Source of the DNA: Candidatus Cloacimonadota bacterium
Lineage (GTDB): Bacteria; Cloacimonadota; Cloacimonadia; Cloacimonadales; WRIO01
NCBI GenBank assembly: GCA_029564175.1
Contig: JAKQQL010000366.1
Coordinates: 1-28,852, forward strand
Length of the DNA: 28,852 bases
Direction: 5' to 3'
The notes under the pieces were generated by a model that saw only the letters and a program-made list of their open reading frames with translations, was not told where the DNA came from and made no database searches. Below, piece after piece: positions 19,120 to 26,260 of the stretch. The first letter of the stretch is position 1; each line of letters opens with the position of its first letter. The translations under genes were made by a program, and so were the position numbers.

Positions 19120-20877
19120 GTGTTTTTGAATGAAGGGTCAAAAATCAATAATTTTCATATTCTCCGTCAGACAGGCGAAGGCGGTATGGGTGAGGTTTAT
19201 CTCGCTGAAGATGAATATTTAGGCAGAAAAGTGGCTATGAAAGTCTTGAATCCGGTCTTTACTGCGGATCAGCAATTTATCGAACGCTTTAAACTGGAAG
19301 CAAAGGTTCAGGCATCACTCAATCATTCGGCTATTGTCCAGCTGCATTCCTTTTTTGTCTTTGAAAACAAATATATCATGGTTATGGAGTATGCCGAAGG
19401 GATTACACTAAAGCAGCTCATTCAGAAAACCGGTCCTATCCCTGAAGAACGAACAATGAAAATCTTCAATCAGATATGTGCCGGCATTCAGTATGCTCAT
19501 AACAAGGGGATTATCCACAGGGATATCAAGCCTTCCAATATCATGATAGATGCCCATGACCAGGTTAAGATTATGGATTTTGGTATTGCCAAGATTCTGG
19601 GAGATAAGGGGATGACCCGAACCGGCGCTAAGATGGGGACCCTTTACTATATGAGTCCGGAACAGGTCATGGCTCAAAAAGATATCGACCATCGCACCGA
19701 TATCTACAGTCTGGGGATTACACTCTTTGAAATGCTGACAGGGACAATCCCCTTTCATACTGACACAGAGTCTGATTATCAGGTTATGGATCAGATCATC
19801 AAAGCACCCATACCTGACCCCCGAACTATATATCCCCATATCTCTGATGAAATGGTCAGTCTTATGTTAAAACTGACTGAAAAGGACAAGGCAAAGCGCA
19901 TCGAATCGATTGAGAAAATTAATGAGCTTGTTAATATTAAACATGAAAAGCAAAAAAAGAATGAAAAATTAAATTATGAAAAATCAAATGATACAAAAAC
20001 TCAAGTACCTCCTGTTTCAGATATAAAATCATCTGATAAATCATTGAAGCATGTTGTTACAATTTTTATCATCTTAATAATCTCAATTTTCTTAATTGTA
20101 AAACTGAATACTTGCGCTAAAGAGCCTTTAGATGAAATTCAAAATAATACTGTAGTTAAAACAGATGTAACTCCTGTCAATATGATTAAAGTCGAAGGCG
20201 GGATATTTCAGATGGGGTCAGAAAATGGATATGATGTTGAAAAACCAGTTCATTCTGTAACACTTTCTTCTTTTTATATGGGAAAATATCAAGTGACACA
20301 GAAAGAGTGGCAGGCAGTCATGGGAACAAATCCATCATACTTCAAAGGAGATAAAAGACCGGTTGAACAGATTACCTGGTATCAGGCAGTTGAATTTTGC
20401 AATAAACTGAGTCAGAATGAAGGCTTGTCTCCTGCTTATACCATCAATGTCACAAGTGTCAGCTGTAACTGGAATGCTGATGGATACAGATTACCTACCG
20501 AAGCAGAATGGGAGTTTGCAGCCAGAGGTGGGAATCAGTCAAAAGGCTATACCTATTCGGGCTCAAACAATCTCGATGAGGTCGGATGGTATAGCAGTAA
20601 TTCAGACGACACGCATGAAGTAGGGACAAAGAAAGCGAATGAACTGGGTATCTATGATATGAGCGGTAATGTCTGGGAATGGTGCTGGGACTTGTATGAC
20701 TCCTACACCTCATCAGCTCAGACGAATCCCCGTGGGGCAACAAGTGGCTCTCGCCGTGTGCTTCGTGGTGGTTGCTGGCTCGGCAGCGCCGACTTCTGTC
20801 GGGTGTCTTTTCGCGGTGGCTTTCCTTTCCTCAGCAGCAACAACTTCGGCTTCCGTCTTGCGCGTTCAATCAGGTAG
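19120..20877 (+). CDS. Ser/Thr kinase - TM - FGE-sulfatase (CLec) fusion, kinase 1; probable DGR target
   Basis: GEGGMGEVY, VAMK, HRDIKPSN, DFGIAK, GTLYYMSPEQ; hydrophobic helix at 20053-20100; FGE motifs YRLPTEAEWEFAARGG, NELGIYDMSGNVWEWCWD, GFRLAR. Start placed at GTG 19120 after GGAGG, matching the paralogs. Confidence 0.92.
   Translation: MFLNEGSKINNFHILRQTGEGGMGEVYLAEDEYLGRKVAMKVLNPVFTADQQFIERFKLEAKVQASLNHSAIVQLHSFFVFENKYIMVMEYAEGITLKQLIQKTGPIPEERTMKIFNQICAGIQYAHNKGIIHRDIKPSNIMIDAHDQVKIMDFGIAKILGDKGMTRTGAKMGTLYYMSPEQVMAQKDIDHRTDIYSLGITLFEMLTGTIPFHTDTESDYQVMDQIIKAPIPDPRTIYPHISDEMVSLMLKLTEKDKAKRIESIEKINELVNIKHEKQKKNEKLNYEKSNDTKTQVPPVSDIKSSDKSLKHVVTIFIILIISIFLIVKLNTCAKEPLDEIQNNTVVKTDVTPVNMIKVEGGIFQMGSENGYDVEKPVHSVTLSSFYMGKYQVTQKEWQAVMGTNPSYFKGDKRPVEQITWYQAVEFCNKLSQNEGLSPAYTINVTSVSCNWNADGYRLPTEAEWEFAARGGNQSKGYTYSGSNNLDEVGWYSSNSDDTHEVGTKKANELGIYDMSGNVWEWCWDLYDSYTSSAQTNPRGATSGSRRVLRGGCWLGSADFCRVSFRGGFPFLSSNNFGFRLARSIR
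20746..20865 (+). other. DGR-type variable region VR1
   Basis: Hand count: 74/120 GC, only 8 A, and no third-position A in 40 codons. NNC/NNT codons lie between invariant RV.RGG.W, CRV..R and GFRLA. Confidence 0.75.
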
Positions 20878-20920
20878 AATAATGAGATTATTAGCATATT
20901 ACCTTTTAGAAAAAAAGGGA

Positions 20921-21043
20921 CTTGACTTGCAATGGAGCGAAGCGGAATGCGAGTTAAGAGCCGTTTCTCCCTGCATCGGAGCAATTCATTGCCGAAGCAG
21001 AAATAGCGAAGCAAAATCTGCGAGGTAAGGAATTGCTCCGATG
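20921..21043. repeat. Two GCGAAGC-capped palindromic hairpins
   Basis: CTTGACTTGCA..GAGCGAAGCG..TGCGAGTTAAG (20921-20958); perfect 14-bp inverted repeat CATCGGAGCAATTC / GAATTGCTCCGATG (20974-20987, 21030-21043). Confidence 0.75.
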
Positions 21044-21062
21044 TGTCTGAGAAAGGTAGATA

Positions 21063-21247
21063 AAATTCCGTAGGAATGACAGAATCCTAGCCCAGAGCGT
21101 CAGCTCTGGGTATGAAGGGATGCCATAACCAGAACCCCGTCAGGGGTGAAAGAAAATGAAAGATCATGTTATTCGGCCACACCTACGGCGCTGAATTTTG
21201 GATTGGATGCATACCCAGGGCTGGCGCCCTGGGCTAGGATTCTGTCA
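21063..21247. repeat. REPIN-like inverted pair of palindromic units
   Basis: 38-bp arms at 21077-21114 and 21210-21247 with 3 mismatches; each arm is itself a hairpin. Relatives lie at 27960-28270 and 28410-28458. Confidence 0.8.
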
Positions 21248-21479
21248 CAGCTAACGCTGTTCAGCATATGAATGGATGTTTAATGGCAGGAAGAAAGATG
21301 AATAGATGTGGAAGGTAGTGAGATGATTCATCAACATGAAAAATAAAATACGAATGTATGATTAATGTATCAACCCAGAGTTCCGTAGGATTCTGTCACA
21401 GCTAACGCTGTTCAGCATACGAATGGATGTTTAATGGCAGAAAGAAAGATGAATAGATGTGAAAAGCAAAGAGATGATT
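21235..21479 (+). repeat. 94-bp direct repeat pair (21235-21328, 21386-21479)
   Basis: Both copies begin TAGGATTCTGTCACAGCTAACGCTGTTCAGCATA and end AGATGATT. Confidence 0.9.
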
Positions 21480-21533
21480 TAATGAGAGAGATAAAAAATC
21501 AAAAACAATCATAAAATATAAAGGGCAATTAGT

Positions 21534-23156
21534 ATGTTATTAGACCAAGGTCAAAAAGTTAATAATTACAAAATTATCGAGCAGGTTGGAGAAGGCGGAA
21601 TGGGTGAAGTTTATCTGGCAGAAGAGGATTTACTTGCCAGAAAGGTAGCCGTTAAGGTTCTCAACCCGATTCTGACCAAAGACCCGCAATTTACCGAGCG
21701 CTTTGTCAACGAAGCGAAGATACAATCACATTTGCATCACCAGAATATTGTTACGATGTTTTCCTTTTTCAGGCAGGAAAATCTCTACTGTATGGTTATG
21801 GAGTATGCCGAGGGGATTACGCTAAAGCAGCTCATTCAGAAAACCGGTCCAATCCCTGAGGAACGAACAATGAAAATCTTCAATCAGATATGTACCGGCA
21901 TTCAGTATGCACATAACAAGGGGATTATTCATCGTGATATCAAACCTTCCAATATCATGATAGATGCCCATGACCAGGTTAAGATTATGGACTTTGGCAT
22001 TGCCAAGATTCTGGGTGATAAAGGGATGACCCGAACCGGCGCTAAGATGGGGACCCTCTACTATATGAGTCCGGAACAGGTCATGGCCCAGAAAGATATC
22101 GACCACCGTACCGATATCTACAGCCTGGGGATTACGCTCTTTGAAATGCTGACAGGGAAACTACCCTTTGATACGGATACCGAGAGTGATTTTATGGTGA
22201 TGAATCAAATCGTCAATCAGGATTTACCTGACCCAAAAGCATACTACCCATTTATTTCAGATTCAGCTCTCAGGCTGATAAAACAGATGACCCTAAAGAA
22301 AAGAGAAGAAAGAATCAATCATTTAATGCCTCAACCTGTAAGCTCTGTTACTCAGATGATACATTCTGATATTAAGGTAGCAACTGAAAATAAAAGAAAA
22401 AATGTATCAGAAAACAGCAATATGATTTTTGTGGAAGGAGGGTCATTTATAAGAGAATCTGCAACTATCACGGTATCTTCTTTTATTATTGGGAAATATC
22501 CTGTTACCCAGAAAGAATGGGAAATGATCATGAAAAGTAACCCTTCCGTATTTAAAAAGGGATATATAATTAATGAAGGATTTTTTGGTTTTGGCAATAA
22601 AGTAATTCAGGATGATACTGACAATCATCCTGTTGACTCTGTTTCATGGTTTGATGCAATCAGGTTTTGTAATCTGCTTAGTGAAAAAGAAGGGCTTGAT
22701 CCTGTATATCTTATTAACGATTTTGAGGTTAATTGTAATTGGCAGGCTGATGGATACCGATTACCTACCGAAGCAGAATGGGAGTTTGCTGCCAAAGGAG
22801 GCAATCAATCCAAGGGATATTTTTATTCTGGTTCAAACAAATTGGATGAAGTTGGATGGTATGATGGAAATTCAGGCAACCAAACTCATGAAGTAGGAAC
22901 AAAGAAAGCGAATGAATTAGGCATTTATGATATGAGCGGGAATGTCTGGGAATGGTGCTGGGATTGGTATGATAGATATTCATCATCGGCTGAGACGAAT
23001 CCCCGTGGGGCAACAAGTGGTTCTAACCGTGTGAATCGTGGTGGCAGCTGGGACTACGGCGATGGCTACTGTCGGGTGGCTTATCGCGACCGCATCAACC
23101 CCGGCCGCAGCCGCTACCGTCTGGGCTTCCGTCTTGCCCGATCAGTTATTGAATAA
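21534..23156 (+). CDS. Soluble Ser/Thr kinase - FGE-sulfatase (CLec) fusion, kinase 2; probable DGR target
   Basis: Complete Hanks kinase motifs and FGE motifs; no TM segment. Confidence 0.92.
   Translation: MLLDQGQKVNNYKIIEQVGEGGMGEVYLAEEDLLARKVAVKVLNPILTKDPQFTERFVNEAKIQSHLHHQNIVTMFSFFRQENLYCMVMEYAEGITLKQLIQKTGPIPEERTMKIFNQICTGIQYAHNKGIIHRDIKPSNIMIDAHDQVKIMDFGIAKILGDKGMTRTGAKMGTLYYMSPEQVMAQKDIDHRTDIYSLGITLFEMLTGKLPFDTDTESDFMVMNQIVNQDLPDPKAYYPFISDSALRLIKQMTLKKREERINHLMPQPVSSVTQMIHSDIKVATENKRKNVSENSNMIFVEGGSFIRESATITVSSFIIGKYPVTQKEWEMIMKSNPSVFKKGYIINEGFFGFGNKVIQDDTDNHPVDSVSWFDAIRFCNLLSEKEGLDPVYLINDFEVNCNWQADGYRLPTEAEWEFAAKGGNQSKGYFYSGSNKLDEVGWYDGNSGNQTHEVGTKKANELGIYDMSGNVWEWCWDWYDRYSSSAETNPRGATSGSNRVNRGGSWDYGDGYCRVAYRDRINPGRSRYRLGFRLARSVIE
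23019..23138 (+). other. DGR-type variable region VR2
   Basis: Hand count: 77/120 GC and no third-position A in 40 codons. Run gac tac ggc gat ggc tac ... gac cgc atc aac ccc ggc cgc agc cgc tac cgt is compatible with an AAC/AAT-rich template. Confidence 0.8.
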
Positions 23157-23165
23157 TGAGGTTAT

Positions 23166-25394
23166 ATGAAAACTTGTATATATTGTCAACAGGCGATTGA
23201 TCAGGATGCCCGGTTCTGCCCCTACTGTGGTAAATCAGCTCCATCCAGTGCACAGCAGGTGATAAGAATTGGCAGGGCAACCGATAATGAACTTGTTTTT
23301 TCAGATTTATCGGTATCTTCACATCACTGCCTTATCCGGCAATCTGAGCATCAGATAATGATAGAAGATTTAAATTCCACTAATGGCACCTATGTTAACG
23401 GTTCCCGCATCCAGTCTGTGCTTGTCATTCATGAAAATGACCGGATTCTTCTCGGTAATACGATTGATATCCCCTGGCATTTGATTAAAAGCTATACCCG
23501 GGAAGAGAATATTAAACCAGGGCATTTTCAAAAAGAGCTTATCCGCATTGGCCGTGCCGAGGATAATGATATTATCCTGAATGATATCAAGGTTTCCCGA
23601 TATCATGCCGAGCTTAAAAAGCAGGGGTCTCAATACCTCATCAAGGATTTGGGCAGCAGTAACGGCACTTATGTGAATCATAAAAAAGTCAGTGAAGCCT
23701 TAGTCTCTCAGGATGACTGCCTTAGAATCGCCGGCTATGAACTGCCTGTAAAAAGTCTGTTTAAGCCAGGACAGCCGGCAATCGATTTTAAAATCCAGAT
23801 TTCGGTAAAAAATCTTTCATTCAGGGTAAGTGAAAAAGTCCTGATTCAGCCTATGGATTTATGCATCAACGGAGGAGAATTTGTTGGCTTAATCGGACCC
23901 AGCGGTGCAGGTAAAACAACTTTAATGCTGATGTTGGCAGGAATCAATGCCTGTCATTCGGGACGGGTTATGATTAATTCCATTTCTTTACATCATCATG
24001 AAGAAATGTTTCAGGGGCAGATAGGATATGTGCCTCAGGAAGATATCATTCACCGGGAACTGACGGTTCAGGAGTCTTTAAACTACACCTGTCGGCTTCG
24101 TTTGGGTAAGCAGTTATCTGACAAAGACCGAAAGACCCATATCAGCAAGATATTAAAAGACCTGCATTTGCAGGAATCCCAAAATGTTCTGATCGGCTCT
24201 CCTGAAAAAAAAGGGATATCCGGTGGTCAACGGAAACGGGTGAACATGGCTCAGGAACTGGTTACAGAACCTTCTATTCTCTTTCTGGATGAACCAACCA
24301 GCGGACTTGACCCGCAGAGTGATTCCGAAGTCATGGATTTATTACAGGGGATAGCAGGAAAAGGGAAAATCGTTATTATTACCACCCACAACATTACCCG
24401 GCGTAATTTTGAAAAACTCAGTCATCTGATTGTCATGGCCAAAGATGGTTATCTGGCTTATTTCGGACCGGCTCAGGATGCTGTCTCCTATTTCGAGGTC
24501 AGAGATCCTGAAGATATCTTTAAAAAACTGGAAGACAAAACACCTGAACAATGGGCTGAGAAATACAGAGAATCTTTTTATTATCAGAAAGAAATACAAG
24601 ATAAATACAAAAACGAACTCAGTCATAAAGACTATGAATCGACTGTTACCCGACTGGCAAAGGGGGGATTTAACCAATGGAATGTGCTTGTACAGAGATT
24701 GTTTCGTATCAAAGTCAGAGACAGTGTCAGCACGCTGATTTTGCTTCTGCAAGCCCCGGTGATTGCCCTCTTGAGTTATCTGGTATTCAATGAACCCCAA
24801 CACACGCCTCAGATGCTCTTTGTCCTTGTAATTGCCTCCATCTGGCTGGGCTGTAACAACTCTTCCAGAGAGATCGTCTCCGAACGAAGTATTTTTAAGA
24901 GAGAACGCATGGTCAATCTGTCTCTGGGGAATTATCTGTCATCCAAAATCAGTGCTTTAAGCATTCTTTGTCTTATACAGAGTGCCATTCTGGCAGCAGC
25001 CCCAACTATTGCTTTTGATTCAGGGATTAGTTTTTCTGTGATGATGATGATTTTCTTTGCTGTATCACTTGTCTCAATGAGTCTGGGTTTTATGATATCC
25101 GCTTTGGTTAAGACCAGCGAATCTGCCATGGCACTGGTGCCGATAGTTTTAATCCCTCAGGTGATTTTAGGTGGCTTGATTGTTCCCTATAACAGCATGA
25201 ATGAAACTGTCAAAGCTTTTGCCTCCTTTATGATCAGCCGTTGGGGATTTGACTGGATTTTACAGTATGCCGATTCAGTTTGTCAGGCAAGGATAGGGTT
25301 TGAGTCAGAAGAATTCCTGCCCCTGATATTACTGAGCTGTTTGGGAATGTTATTTTTAGGGCTGAGTCTTGTGTGTCTGAAAAGAAAATATTAA
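23166..25394 (+). CDS. Zn-ribbon - FHA - FHA - ABC ATPase - ABC-2 permease (Rv1747-like transporter)
   Basis: CIYC..CPYC; two FHA domains (IGR..DN, VS..H, DL.S.NGTYVN); Walker A GPSGAGKT; ISGGQ; LFLDEPTSGLD; C-terminal TM helices. Confidence 0.92.
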   Translation: MKTCIYCQQAIDQDARFCPYCGKSAPSSAQQVIRIGRATDNELVFSDLSVSSHHCLIRQSEHQIMIEDLNSTNGTYVNGSRIQSVLVIHENDRILLGNTIDIPWHLIKSYTREENIKPGHFQKELIRIGRAEDNDIILNDIKVSRYHAELKKQGSQYLIKDLGSSNGTYVNHKKVSEALVSQDDCLRIAGYELPVKSLFKPGQPAIDFKIQISVKNLSFRVSEKVLIQPMDLCINGGEFVGLIGPSGAGKTTLMLMLAGINACHSGRVMINSISLHHHEEMFQGQIGYVPQEDIIHRELTVQESLNYTCRLRLGKQLSDKDRKTHISKILKDLHLQESQNVLIGSPEKKGISGGQRKRVNMAQELVTEPSILFLDEPTSGLDPQSDSEVMDLLQGIAGKGKIVIITTHNITRRNFEKLSHLIVMAKDGYLAYFGPAQDAVSYFEVRDPEDIFKKLEDKTPEQWAEKYRESFYYQKEIQDKYKNELSHKDYESTVTRLAKGGFNQWNVLVQRLFRIKVRDSVSTLILLLQAPVIALLSYLVFNEPQHTPQMLFVLVIASIWLGCNNSSREIVSERSIFKRERMVNLSLGNYLSSKISALSILCLIQSAILAAAPTIAFDSGISFSVMMMIFFAVSLVSMSLGFMISALVKTSESAMALVPIVLIPQVILGGLIVPYNSMNETVKAFASFMISRWGFDWILQYADSVCQARIGFESEEFLPLILLSCLGMLFLGLSLVCLKRKY

Positions 25395-25406
25395 GCGGTT
25401 TAAGAA

Positions 25407-25459
25407 TTCGCAGGCTGGCAGCTAACATGAAATTGTGGCAAGCTGGTAGCATGCGTTAC
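25407..25459. repeat. Two degenerate copies of the CGCAAGCTGGTAGCTTGCGCTAC REP
   Basis: TTCGCAGGCTGGCAGCT and GCAAGCTGGTAGCATGCGTTAC. Confidence 0.6.
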
Positions 25460-25489
25460 GAAGTAAAATAAAGGAAAAAAGGAGTATTT

Positions 25490-26095
25490 ATGTCATTAAG
25501 TGAAATGAAGAGACAGGCACGAGAGTTATTGAAGGGAAAGTGGAACCGCTTTGCCATGATCTATTTTGTATATTTGGTTCTCTATTGTATGATTATTGCG
25601 CTGGATTATGTTGTGGCTAACAGTGGGACAATAGGGGCTATGTTTTTTGTTGGCCAGTTTGCCCTGTCTTTTGCTTATTTATCTCTCAAAGTTTATCATT
25701 CTGAAGAAATAGACCTGGACGGTCTGTTTTATGGGTTTAAATTCTATTTTAAAGCGCTTTGGACAAACATTCTAATGGGTATCTACATCGTTTTATGGTG
25801 TTTACTGCTCATTATTCCCGGCATTATCGCAGCTTACAGTTACTCCATGACTTTTTTTGTGTTGGCAGATAATCCTGAATTAAGTGCCGGAGAAGCCATC
25901 AGTATGAGTAAAAGATTAATGAAAGGGCATAAATGGGAATTTTTCTCACTAACAGCTTCTTTTTTGGGTTGGGCTCTTTTATCTGTTTTTACGCTTGGTA
26001 TAGGACTTTTATGGGTCATTCCCTATATGTCCACATCCACCGCTGTGTTTTACAATGAGATTAAACAATATTCAGAAAATCAGACAATGAACTAA
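25490..26095 (+). CDS. DUF975 family membrane protein
   Basis: EMKRQARELLKGKW; LWCLLLIIPGIIAAYSYSMT; AISMSKRLMKGHKW; LGIGLLWVIPY; AVFY. Confidence 0.9.
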   Translation: MSLSEMKRQARELLKGKWNRFAMIYFVYLVLYCMIIALDYVVANSGTIGAMFFVGQFALSFAYLSLKVYHSEEIDLDGLFYGFKFYFKALWTNILMGIYIVLWCLLLIIPGIIAAYSYSMTFFVLADNPELSAGEAISMSKRLMKGHKWEFFSLTASFLGWALLSVFTLGIGLLWVIPYMSTSTAVFYNEIKQYSENQTMN

Positions 26096-26260
26096 TTTGT
26101 TTAAATCGGAATAAAACACTTGACATAAACAATAAAAGAATGAAGATAGGTGTAAACAGAATTTATAATAGTAAAAGATTTGTCAGAAGTGTTTTCACAC
26201 AGGCAAAAATCTCAATCAGGAAACTGATTCAGATTTATATAGTGTTTAAAGGAGGTATCT

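Noticed and set aside
20170..20877. FGE domains as true formylglycine-generating enzymes
   Set aside because: There is no sulfatase nearby, the would-be active-site segment is the variable part, and the kinase fusion indicates a ligand-binding CLec role.
20669..21028. Overlapping ORFs across the VRs (20669-21028, 20718-21014, 27684-28019)
   Set aside because: Local GC richness and A depletion remove stop codons, so these are shadows of the VR and repeats.
20878..21533. Possible DGR template repeat in the kinase spacers (also 27821-28618)
   Set aside because: I found no AAC-rich copy of the VR scaffold (CGTGGTGG..TGG, GGCTTCCG) by eye, and no ORF has RT motifs.
26196..26236. GAAA-capped hairpin after GGCAAA upstream of kinase 3, reminiscent of a c-di-GMP-I riboswitch P2
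   Set aside because: The hairpin AAATCT-c-AATCAG-gaaa-CTGATT-c-AGATTT is real, but the following GACGCAAA and the second stem are missing. An Infernal/Rfam scan would be decisive.
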